A DNA stretch of 62,797 nt, the filler included, from Sphacelaria rigidula (lineage: Eukaryota), in NCBI GenBank assembly GCA_964200075.2. It is 10 parts of 10 records of this genome, joined end to end, with 100 filler letters (N's around TTAATTAATTAA, not from the genome) between each part and the next. Parts side by side here need not be neighbours in the genome. Positions count along the whole stretch, not along the records: positions 1 to 6,190 come from CAXNAA020021628.1; positions 6,291 to 12,480 come from CAXNAA020021629.1; 8 more parts are not named here. One strand, given 5' to 3'. This document shows, in pieces, positions 1-11,304 of the stretch (within the stretch, counting starts at the first letter, position 1; each line of letters starts with the position of its first letter). The position numbers were made by a program, and so were the translations under genes. A model generated the notes under the pieces. It was not told the DNA's origin. It saw nothing but the letters and a program-made list of their open reading frames with translations, and made no database searches.

Positions 1-188
1 CTTTTCAGATTCGCTTGGCTCCAAGGTTTCGAGAGCGCCCGCTGAACAATAATCCGTGTGCAATAAAATCTCCGGCGGTCTCCACAGATTATTGGGCAAA
101 CTGTTGAGGGTCGGCAAGCGCAGATATTTGCACACGAATTGTTGTTCAGCGGCCAATCTCGAAACCTCGGAGCCAAGCGAATCAGAAG
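1..188. repeat. Long imperfect inverted repeat (hairpin) with ~60-bp arms
   Basis: Positions 1-63 are the imperfect reverse complement of 128-188. Confidence 0.85.
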
Positions 189-623
189 AGGAGACGAGGC
201 TCCTCCCTGTGAGGTGATGTAAAGTGTCCGAGTCGTATGTTGGCGATTTTCCCTCTCTGGGGGTCAAAACGTGGATCAAACGTCCCAAAAGTGAACAATC
301 CGTGGGCCAAAAATCTGTTTGCCATAACATCCGGCCTAACACGAATTATTTCAAAATGTGATGATCCGCGGCCGAAAATCTGTTGCCATAACATCCAGCC
401 TGACAACGAAATATGAGGAACTCATGAACTCATGAGAGAAGGAGGTATTTTTATTTGAGTAAAACAGCGTTTTCGTTTCTATTTTGACAAATACATGGAG
501 AAATATATCGTGCTGTCATGCTGCGTCACCGGGTACGATACGGCGACGAATTTACTTATTGCAAGCGAAGTACACCAGTGATTATGTACGCAAAGCCGAA
601 ACTAATATGGCGATGGCAATAAT

Positions 624-658
<35 letters not shown>
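624..658. repeat. (ATG)n microsatellite
   Basis: Direct reading; it is the source of the poly-His in a spurious ORF. Confidence 0.95.
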
Positions 659-1150
659 CCTCAGAGGTGAAACTGAGAGCGAGGGTCTTTTGCCATGGCA
701 ATAATTTGCCTTGCCTTCTGTGTCGGGTGTATGCCGTCTTGTGTAGGGCAGCGTACCATTTTATTCCGGCAACATGTGACGTGTGGAGTGTCAAGTGTGG
801 GGTGAGATGACACTGCCTGGGAGTGTGCGCATGAAGCCGGAGTGACCGTGAGGGTACCTGATTGCGTCCTTTCAAGTATTGCACAAAGTGGACTGGGCCT
901 ATGAAAGTTCGCGCTGTCTATAATAGTGCTTCTGGTGGCTTGTTTCTAGTAACAGCCGGCCGCGTTGTTGATCGCTGTGTCCTGCGAAGCGTCTTGTGGC
1001 GTTGCATGTCCGGCGTTGCATAATTCTTTTTGACCGCATCAGTTTCGTAAAAGTAGTGGACGTATACCTCTCTTTTTCTCCTTCTCTCCGTGTATCTCTG
1101 TGTGACTGGTGGACGATACAGTTTTGCTTCTTGCAATGCTCGTTGCCGCC

Positions 1151-1480
1151 GCGCCCCGGTGGTTTAATGGTCCGACTGTCGCCATTAGGGTGGAGAGAAC
1201 GAGGCTTCGATTCCCGATGCGTTGGGGTTTTTCTTTGTAGTATCTTATTTCCACCGTGGAAAGCGTGAGAACGTGAGTAAATAGAGTAGCTGACTCAGTT
1301 TGTTGGACGTGAGTTGACGCGGTGTGGGAATGATGATAGTCATGACCCAACCCGCGAGACTAAAATGCAAGGCGTGTACCGCGGAGAGATGGATTGATCC
1401 CTTGAGATCACGGACTCATCCCGAGGAAGGGGAGGGGTTTAAAGTGCGACAAATAAAAAAATAAGAATGTGAAAAACAAA
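1151..1480 (+). mobile_element. tRNA-derived SINE, family 1
   Basis: Head GCCCCGGTGGTTTAATGG (A box-like) and GCTTCGATTCCC (B box-like), ~330 nt long, A-rich tail. Homologous along its length to 4190-4500. Confidence 0.8.
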
Positions 1481-1752
1481 TAAGTGCTATGTTATCTTGC
1501 ACTCTTGTTGTCAAGATCTTTCTCGGAGATGAAGATGTTCCTCGAAGATGTTCCTCGGAGGTGTTTTTCCGTTCCATCGTCGATTTGGATGTGTTTGACC
1601 TGTTTGACCACTCACGTTCACATATGCTGCAATCACAGTCACAGAAACATGATATTGTTTGCATCGACTGGATTTTTCTTGAGGTAAAAGCGATCTCACG
1701 AAATGGGTGCCCCCTTTTCTGTCTCCTCGTACTGGCTCTGATGCGGCTGCAG

Positions 1753-3663
1753 CTTCGCGGAAGCGTTGCATAGCGAGCTAGAGATTTTTGGCGTGGGCGT
1801 AACTTGCGTCATGCCTGGAGCAACCAAAACCAATTTCGAAGATAACTCGGGGTCTTCCAAGGCGTTGGTGTGGAGGCTTCCAATGGTAACTATGGAGGCA
1901 GATGAGGCGAGTTCCACGGTAACGTTCACTCAGTGTCATAAGCCCCGGCGTGCTCCGTCCCGGCTTTGTAGGGATGCGAGGTCAATGGTCTGATGACTAT
2001 GGCAGGCATGATCATGAGTACACCCCCCTTCGAAAAGGCCAATTCGTGGCTCAGCCGGACATCCCCTCCATCTGGTCATCTTCACTGTTATGTTTTGCAC
2101 CGCAAATCAGTGAGTGTGAGTGCTGTTGCCGGAGTAGGTCGAATAGGTTTCCGGAACGCAGCCCGTGAAGATAAATGAGTATACTCAAGTCGCAAGCTGT
2201 TGCTTGGAAACTGCACGGCACGTCTTCCAAACATGATTTAGTAAGCGATTTAAACAAGTGATCGGGAGCAGGATGATGAAAGATGCTATAGCGGGATACA
2301 GATTGAAGCTAAATCATGGCACGCGCTGAAAATGAGGCAAATATGCCATGTGTGGCCTGCTGTGTGGCCTTCTGCTGTGCCCTTGGAAACGTTTGCTTTT
2401 GGCGGTCCAACGTCTGTGGGATGCCGCAGTGATGTAGTACAGTCATGTGCGTTTTTCATGCTGCTATCTGCACCCCCATTGTCTAAAAGTGGAACAAACC
2501 ATGAGGTGGGAATAAAGCGGCTTCGATTGCTGGCAGATAGAAATGAAATTGTTTTTTTTAATTGTAGTATCTGATTCTCGTCGTTAAGAATATTGAACGT
2601 GCGGACGTATTTGACCTCGTGCCGACGCGGTGCGGAAATGCTGGTCATGATCCAATCATCAAAATACCAAAATGGAAGGCGCATACCGATATAGAGGTGG
2701 ACGCTTTGATTCCTTGACACCACGGATTCGTTCGCGGAAAAGGAGGCGTCGAAGTAGTACCAAGAAAGACTTGTGTGCTCATGTTGTAGTGGGGCTGACC
2801 ACTGACCACACTGTGTCTTCACCGTGTCTTCGTGTGCGCGTGCGTGCGTGTGATGCAGGTGGCGTTACTAGGTGTAGAGGCACTCATGAGGGGAGACAGG
2901 ACCATAGTACCAGGATGGCAAAACAAGCTGCACGTGCATGTATTAGCGCCGCTGGTGAGTCACCGAATACGACGCGCCGTCTTTTGCCGATGCCTTGCTT
3001 TTCCGTCTTTCTCACCGTCGTTCTTGTATTGTTTCCCCGCGCTGAGTTTGTGTCTCGTTGATTGTGTTCAGTTTCCTCCGCTTGCTCTCACTTTATTTGT
3101 ATTTTCCCTTCGCCAGCGTTTCCGTTCGTGGGTACATCCATCGTCCACCTTGTGACCACGCCTAAATACATCCATCGAGGATCCGTTGCTGTGAGACAAT
3201 CAATTAATCAACCACCTCTCTCACACGGCTACTGTGGTTGGCCGCAGTTTCGGGGTACAGTACTCACACATGAGCAGGAAATTCAGCACCACACCGCAGT
3301 GCTGCTGACGTGGAAACTAAAAATCAATGTTGCCCTGGTTGATTCAGGAGCAAGAAACACTGTGCAGTATTGATACAAGGAGAGCAGTTGAACACAGGCG
3401 CAAGAAATAAATTGTGCCGATGTCGATTCAGAAACAAGAAGCAGCACATGGTGTCGAACATGTTGCCGACTCTCTGCACGCTGTAACGCATTATGAAATG
3501 AAATAACTAGATTTTGTCGTCAGTTGCGCAAGAAAAGAGAACATACATATTTTTCCCCTCATGCGTACGCTTCTTTGCTGTATTTTTGTTGTTTTATTTG
3601 AACGATGACGTGCAGCTGCCGCAAAAGATTCTTATGAGCTTCGTGGAGGCTATGTGGCGATGA
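1753..3663 (+). CDS. Short-chain dehydrogenase/reductase (SDR), 3' part; exons 1753-1906, 2859-2954, 3616-3663 (5' exons not found)
   Basis: Spliced translation FAEALHSELEIFGVGVTCVMPGATKTNF...MEADE|VALLGVEALMRGDRTIVPGWQNKLHVHVLAPL|LPQKILMSFVEAMWR* matches the classical SDR C-terminus (ALxxEL..GV.V..V.PG...T.F). All three acceptors are CAG; donors are GCGAGT and GTGAGT; phases are consistent. Confidence 0.85.
1950..2028 (+). repeat. ~75-nt structured dispersed repeat (GTGCTCCGTC...GAGTAC + C-run), reference copy
   Basis: Near-identical copies at 31451-31521, 50320-50360, 56448-56508(-), 43694-43740(-) and 52293-52370; related subfamily at 29123-29189, 37402-37477, 41702-41778, 41893-41969 and 55717-55789(-). 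Confidence 0.85.
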
Positions 3664-4189
3664 TGCTCCGGCAGAGTCGTCTCTCATGGAGGGTCGAGGT
3701 CGTTGTAAGAATAGTGTCAGCAGAAGGGCTTCGTAAATACCCCAAGGTATACAGTCACTTATCTTTACATTGTACTGTAGATAGTGTTGCCAAGCGCTGC
3801 TGTGTAAGTGCCCTGCATGTGCACGGTGTGGTTATTGGTTGTCAGCCATCAAATGAAGTGTGTCGTGTAACTACTGTCGTGACGCGGTTTGCTTTGCGTC
3901 GCGAATAGACTTGTGGTACTATGGAAGTAACAGCAGGATTGATCAAGACGTTATTCTTCATGCTTTGGCGGCGCGCGAGTGTTGGCCGTCGTCGGCCCGT
4001 AATAACAAGAAAAATCGTGTGCAGACCACTATGACCAATCGCCATCACCATCTCCATCATCACCGCCATCGCCGTCATCGTCACGTCGTTGAAATGTTCG
4101 AATATTCACCATGGACCGCACGACCAGCATTAATCCCTTGGGTGCCGACCTCAGATGGATGGATCCTATAATCGGTGGATAGCCTGTCA

Positions 4190-4500
4190 TTTTTTTCATT
4201 CATTTAGTTTTTTGTCGCACTTTGAACCCCTGCCCTTCCTCGGGACGAATCCGTGGTCTCCAGGGATCAACCCATCTCTCCCCGGTACACGCCTTGCATT
4301 TCGGTCTCGCAGATTGGGTCAGCACTCTCCCACCGCGTAAACTTACGTCCAACATACTCAGTTAAGTTCTTTGTTTACTCATGTTCTCACACTTTCCGTG
4401 ATGGAAATCAGATACCTACGAAGGAAAAACCTAACGCATCGGGAATCGAACCCTCGTTCTCTCCACCCTAATAGTCGGACGATTACATCACCGGGGCGCG
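4190..4500 (-). mobile_element. tRNA-derived SINE, family 1 (second, inverted copy)
   Basis: Reverse complement aligns with 1151-1480; B box GGGTTCGATTCCC. Confidence 0.8.
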
Positions 4501-6190
4501 GCTTTCAAAGAATACATCATGTCGAAAACAACTACTTCGGTGAACAAAATTACGCACGTGAGGGACTGGGAGCCACGGAATACTCTGAAAATGTTGAGCG
4601 GGAAGCTCGGGGTCATTGGCGTTGACGATCTGATTTCTTTTAGAGGTGGTCTGGCCCCCAAGGGGCTGGCTAACCATTTGACAGCCAGGGTGAGTTATCT
4701 TTTCAATCAGAAAAATTTCACATGGAAAATGAAAGGAAGACCCAGCTTACCCAACCCGGCGATCGAGCGGACATGATGTCTATCCTTGTATGGTACAGTA
4801 CATATGTTCTCGTTATTGCTAAATGTACCCCGTTTCTTCCTGTTCTCCTTTCTTAAAATTCTCTCTTCCTCGGTTTTTCTTCGGCGACTGTTTTCGTTTT
4901 TGTTTTCCTCGGGTACTGTCTTCGAATGCAAAAACTTGTACCCAGATCTGCACGTTGAGAGATGCGGCGGAGTACTACACTCAACAGAAACAACACAGAT
5001 GTTCTGCAGCATCACGAGAAATGACGCGCCGTTCTAATCGCGTTTCGCACGAGAAGGAGAAGAAGCAACAGCAGCAGTATCAGCAGCATCTTTACTACCA
5101 ATAGATGTACGCGGCTGGGGGTGGGTCTAAATCAGCCGGTGCCGATTCGTGTGTGTGTCACCGCTGTCCAGCACGGCGGCTATCACTCGTGAGGTGCGTG
5201 GGTGTTGTCGCACGGTCGAAACGCGGACCGTCTACGATCAAGAGAAGCGGCAGCAGCACCAGCAGCATCGGCGCCGGTTGGTTCAGACACACCCCCAGCC
5301 ACGTACATTTACTGGCAACGAATATGCTGCTGATGCTGCTGCTGCTGCTGCTGCTGACTTGCTGCTTCTCGTGCAGACGGTCCACGGCACTTGACAGCCC
5401 CCCGCATACAAACAAGATCTAGAGGATCTTTCTGCACTGGAGTCCTGACATGAAGTAGCCGCCAGCTTTGTCTTTCTTCTTTCAACCCTCCCTCTGTAGT
5501 TCGACGCTTCAAAGGATACTCGCCATGCGCATTCACTGTAGTTACGTTGGTGTGCAGCGACCACAACAGCAGCTGTTCGTGCTCTTGTCTTATTATCTTC
5601 GCAATGACGGTAAACGTGGGGTGGCAGCTCGGGGGCGTGTGCTTTCCGACTGGTACAGACAAAGGGAGGACACTCGCTAGTGTAACAAGATTGTCCATCT
5701 ACTGATGTGGAGCGAGCTTTCCGGAGGAATAAAATCACCTCAACACCGACCACTCCCAGACTTGAAGAAATGCGTGAAAAGTATATCCACCTACGGGGAC
5801 CCACATTTTTTTAATCATCTGCCCGTCACGGATGTTTTCAAACAAGGTGAAGCCTTCACGCGTAGTACCGGAGTGCAGGCAGTAGTCAGTAGTCATATCC
5901 TCTGCATCTACATCCACTGCCATGGACGTGCATCTGAATGTGACCTCGAACCCAACAGTGAAGACGGTATATTACTGTACTGTATTGGCAAAGCACAGCT
6001 ACCTACTGTGCTCGCGAGTACAGCCCGTGCTTGTAACCTGGCAGAGTGCAGCCTGTACTCGGAAATGGAGTAGTACAAGATAACAAGTACAGGCTACAGC
6101 TGACTAATGCCGAGATAACCCCCCCACAAAAAGTGCACCGGCACCATCCAACGAACCGGCTGCGATCCCACTATTGGGCTCGTTTGCAGC

Positions 6191-6290
6191 NNNNNNNNNN
6201 NNNNNNNNNNNNNNNNNNNNNNNNNNNNNNNNNNTTAATTAATTAANNNNNNNNNNNNNNNNNNNNNNNNNNNNNNNNNNNNNNNNNNNN
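6191..6290. other. Artificial contig linker N44-TTAATTAATTAA-N44; also at 12481, 18771, 25061, 31351, 37641, 43931, 50220 and 56509
   Basis: Identical 100-nt spacer every ~6290 nt, with stop codons in all six frames. Confidence 0.98.
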
Positions 6291-6575
6291 GATGCACCCA
6301 CATATATCGAACGGTGTAGACTGGTGCCCAGAATAAATGGGACGACAGCACACACACGCACAACACCGGGCACCCTTGCCTTCCACCGCACCTACTACAA
6401 CGCGTGTTTGCTCAGCATAACCCATGTCATGCCAAATTCATTTTTCTCCTGAGCCAACCTCTCTCCCACCACCAAATGCGCAAAGCATAAACATTGCTTT
6501 CAAAAGTGAGTGGGTCGCTCGACGCTGCTCCTATTCTCCTGTTATTCCCGCACCAACATGTACCAACCATCTCAG

Positions 6576-9500
6576 GAACGAGGCGAGCCGAAAAGCGGGA
6601 CAGGGTTTATGCTGGAATGGGCGGGTGGGGCGCTGATGCACACCTGCGACTACCTCAAGCGATCGTTCGGTGACGCGAGCTGTGAAGTCACGTGGTCCCT
6701 GGCTGGCGATAAAATCCACGACCTGAAACACATGACCATGACATTTAAGCCAGGCCTGGCTGTGAAGAAGGCACGTTGTCCTTGTGCAGGCATTGATAGG
6801 TGAGACCCACTACTTTCGGCAACATGTAGTAAAGCAGGGCAGACTTGAGCTCAGGAGGAAAAATACTCGGTGTCCCTCAAGCATCAGGGACCATGGTCTC
6901 GCCTACAAGCAGAACGTTGATGCCTGTTGTTGCTCTTGTCATGCCAGTTACAGTTATAGTTCGTCTTACCGCCTTTGTCGTTACTGTCCTTTTCTTTAGT
7001 TGTCATCGGTTTTGGTCAAACGGAGTTCCATCCCACCGACTGGAACGTCGAGGCAGACAGTTCTGACCTCCAGCATCTGACAGACCTGTCGGTCCGATTT
7101 CTGTCCGGCAGCATGTGCCTCTGGAGGCGTTGCTACCAGCAGTGTCCTGGGCGCACAGGGATTGAATGTGCCCACCCATAGTGCCGCTGGTATATGTTCG
7201 GTTGGTCTTTCGCTCTGGGTTCCTCGTTCCACATCATAAACTAGATTCATAAAGCCAGAAACATGGCGCCGATTAAAAATGCTCTGTGGTAAACCACGAA
7301 TACGAAAAGTTTGAACGCTTGGCGAGTATGTCGCGTGAGTGGCGAGAAAACCCTCAATCACTTTTGCTGTCCTCTCTTCCGACAACTGCCACGATGCGCG
7401 AGGATGTTAGCCTCGTATTCGGTCACTTCGTTGCTGGCCTGTGCACGCTCATCTGGTGATAGTGAAGAAAAATGAAGCCATAACGCGGAAAACGAGCACA
7501 GAAACGAGCACAAAGGTCTACTTAACCTGACTAGTGCGAAATTTATTAATGGACAAACTAACCCAAGTGTCGTATGCTTTCTTCACCATGATGTTGATTT
7601 CAGCGTGATCATCACTCTCCAAGGCGGGGGCAAGCACAGACTTCCCATGTCCGAGCAGAACTGCTCTCTCGTGCACTCGGCTGGCATACCGGGTAAAGGA
7701 GACGTGTGCACGTTCCCTGACGGCCGGCAGCCACAAAACTACAACGACCTGTGGCGCTGCGTGCGGGAGGCCAACTGCCCGATAATCGACGATCAGCAAC
7801 AGATGGTTGTGTTCCGCGATCCGCGGCCGCTCGTGGTATCGGCCTACTTCTACTTGGTAGCGGCCAAACGAGCAAAACTTTTAACGATCGATGAGTACGT
7901 GGAGACGATGCTGCCCACTTACGCCCAGTGGGTGGCGGTGCGATATATCATCTTTGAAGGTGAAGTATCTAGCGGTATGTGAAACGTGGGTGCCCGTACG
8001 GAGAAGTGTGTACGAACATCGAAGCTCGGCTGCCTGATGGTACGTGAGCCGTTGTTGTCACATGAGTGGTGCTGTTATTACCGAGGGGAAGGACGGCAAC
8101 AGGACATGATTCATCATGTCCCCGAGGCTAACCAACTCTTCTGACTCTTTCGGATTTTTCACGTTGAATTTCGTGCTGTTCCGAGTAAAATGGATTAGTT
8201 GCATGTGCATGCTGCTCTCCATTTCCGGTGCGGTGAACAAATTATGAGTATGACATGGGCCGTTGAACGTCATGGTGGCCACTGTACAATATGAGCGAGT
8301 CTCGCCAGGGCGTGTTTCGCTTTGAGTTGTTGGTAGCTGACTCCCGTCGCATGCGCAAAGTCGAGATACACTTCCTCCTACTGCTTTGCATCAGTCTCTC
8401 ACTCGCGCAATGTATTTTACGCCGTGTCGTGCCGGCCGGTAGGTAGCCATCACGTTGAAATTATTTGTAGAGTGGACAAAAATCGTGGCCGAGCGCCAAT
8501 CTCCTCGGAGAAACCATCCGGTGGGTGAGTGTCCGCGAATGAAAAGCGTTGGTAGTTCAATCTGCGAAGGCATGCACTGAGAAGTCATGCTTGATGCGTG
8601 GTCGTGATCCACCAAATGCTCTTGGCGTAGGCTGTGGGGCGGTCTAGCAATACGGTACATGAAAAAAAGCACCGGTACCGTACATCTCAATCATAGCACG
8701 CTGTCCTCCAGCTCTCTTTCTTTCGCGTAATATTCCCGTCTACCGCTACGTTGGATGTGATCAAACTTCTCAGGGTATATGACGAGTCAGTCGACCTTCT
8801 TTTGGTACGACGAGGCCATGGCAGATCCCTTGGCGTGGCATCATCAGTGGCTAGCAGCAGTCGGACTACAGCTCCCGAATACTCTTATTGAGGTGAGTTG
8901 TTCAACGCTCAGAATGAAGAGTGGGGTTGAAAAATGATTCAGATTTGGCGAATATTCACAAGCACATTTCCTCCTCCTTCTCACGGTGGTTTTTGTTATC
9001 ACTGTTTTCCCATGTTGCACTCCCTCGTATCACGACTATTAGACGGACTGGGTTTCTCTGTCAGCAGCAGCAGTGAGATGATGCGCCGGTTCTTGCGGGC
9101 TAGCAGTTTTCAGGAGAAGACTGACGCAACGTGCACGGTTTGACCCTCCTGCCTTATTTCGAACAAATCAGGTCACAAAGGACGCGGCCGTTCGCCATGA
9201 GTTCGCATTTCCTACAAAGGGTGTAGACCCGCATCCCGGTTCACAGCCAACAGGTCACGTCCACCGGTCCTATCAAGCTGAGGTTTCGCCGCGAACGTTG
9301 GTGCGCATGGATAGTATCTTGCAACAGTGGCTTCCGCCACCTCTGCTGGCGAAGTTCAAGGTGCCGTTGGCCGACGAAGTTGAGACACCTGCTAGTTCGC
9401 CGTTACCGTTACCGGTATCACACATGCAAACGACGGCTGTAGAGGGCCAAACATTCCTCCTCTTTGGCACGTTTGTGTGCGCGGTTGTGATATTGGTCAA

Positions 9501-9597
9501 GGTATCGTGCGTACAGCGTAAGGAAAGTAGAGGGGACAAGTTTGTCGTCCACGGCCGCGAGCGAGTAGCGGTAGAGTGTAACACCCCGGCGTTTTAA
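6576..9597 (+). CDS. PAPS-dependent sulfotransferase-family protein, 5'-partial; exons 6576-6799, 7604-7959 (or -7974), 8774-8892, 9172-9597
   Basis: 5'-PSB-like motif GEPKSGT in exon 1, 3'-PB motif VVFRDPRPLVVSAYFY in exon 2, FWYDEAMADP in exon 3. Canonical GT-AG sites with matching phases (2,1,0); stop at 9597. Confidence 0.85.
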
Positions 9598-11304
9598 TGT
9601 AAAGATACGGTTTTATTCGTGCTGTATTTTAATTGCAGTACAACGGTGTGTTTTCTTCCGCGTTGAAGTATCTAGCAGCGACCAATACTAGTTCGTAGTA
9701 CTTGTACAATGGTTGATTGATTGATTGTCGCACTTTAACTGACCCCCCAGGGGTCCAGCCGTGGTATTATGATAGACGTACTCAAGAAAAACGGATTTCA
9801 CACACGCTCTAAGAAAAAAAAAAGGGTGATTATCCGAGTATCACCCCCTGGGGTGAAGTCGCGTCGCAGCGATATAGTGTTATGCTACCCGTTTATCCCT
9901 CTGTTTTCTCTCAGCATCCGCGTTCTTCCCGCATCTCATGGTGCCTGGAACCGCATCTTCAGTATTCGTTCGATGTTTAATCTGCGTTCTCGAGAATTGC
10001 AGCAGGCACGCCGCCAGAATTTGTCTCGGCGCGAAGGAAGGAGACGTGGAGTTGTACGATGAACGGGGTTCGGCAGGAGTTTGAATGATATATATATATA
10101 TATATATATATTCGTTTTTTGTTTTTGCCGTGTTGTATGAAAAAGCTTCGAGGTTCGCCTCTTCTGGGGGTTACAAGTTGTTGATGAAGTTTGAAGATGG
10201 ACTTTGCCAAGATCTCGACGAAAGGAAACGGAGGCACTTTTATGCGATTCGAAGCGTTTTTTTACGAAAAAGAGATCGATCCACTTCTGTCATGTTTCAT
10301 GTTATATTTCGCCATAGGGGGCAAACGTCTTTGGTTTCTCCAGGGATTGCAATATCTTGGATGTTTGTTTTCAAGGAGTCGCGATGTGGAATTCTTCGCC
10401 GCCGGAGGTTGTTGTGCCCCGCTGGCCATGAAGCAGATAGACCACGTTCCCGGCTTCGTAAATGTCCCCGCCCCTCTACGCTTAGTACAATGGTGAGTTA
10501 CGCGGGTTGTGGCAAAGAAGTTCCTGTTGTAGATACTTGTGTGTTCCAGGTTTTAACCGGAAGGAATCCTATACTGATTTCTTGTACTTTTCACGCGAGC
10601 ATGGCAATGCATTGCGCGTGACCTTGAATGTCATTTCAATGGGCAAAACCGGGCGAAGATACCTTAAGCGCACGTCTTACGGGAATGTAGTTTGTTTTCT
10701 CTTCCATTGACCCCATGTATGTGCCTGTCGCTGTGCCATGGTCCACATCCTCACAGCCCTCAACTCCCCACGCATAGCGAGGATTGGAGTGAATTCTCGT
10801 GCGTAACATACGGCAGGTTTGGTGAGGCAGCAGAGCACCTCGCTTCTCTCGGCGTATTCAGATCGGGTGGACCGTGCCCATCATGCTGCTGTCGTTGCTG
10901 TCGTTGCTGACTGTGGCAGGTGTTATGTTTTCACACCGTCCGTACCCCACGGTTTGGCGTGCGACTGCAGGAAATATGGCTAGACGCTATGAAAGAAAAC
11001 CAGACCAATATAATCGCCATGTGTGGGATGTGGGCTATGGCACAGCGGCATATTAAACATCAAGATCGCCGTGTCGGCCGATTGGGGACTTGACTTACGT
11101 CGAGGGGGAAAATCCACATTCCTTCCAGAAGGGGCACGATTTTACAAGTTTTTATTACGCGCTTGATCCTGTTCTCATTCCACAAGTGGTCGTGGTTCGA
11201 TCCCTAGTCTTGGTCGGCAGGACGAACGTTTGTGGCAATAGTGCTCGCCGCTTGGTGAAATAAAACCTTTGTATTATTTTCAAGTGGCGGCGGGTGTTTT
11301 CCCC

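Noticed and set aside
1151..1220. tRNA gene (also at 37760-37838 and 62478-62560)
   Set aside because: A/B boxes are present, but I could not build a cloverleaf with an acceptor stem, and each continues into a shared repeat body; these are SINE heads.
1988..2040. CTGATGA in the 75-nt repeat suggesting a hammerhead ribozyme
   Set aside because: There is no conserved stem II followed by GAAA across copies, and the second subfamily lacks CTGATGA altogether.
5105..5804. Overlapping ORFs with poly-Q/A/L/S tracts
   Set aside because: They are generated by a (GCT)n microsatellite; no domain or consistent splice structure was found.
6235..6246. Regularly spaced TTAATTAATTAA between N runs, superficially like an array
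   Set aside because: It is an artificial six-frame-stop linker joining size-sorted contigs; ORFs running into it and gene neighbourhoods across it are meaningless.
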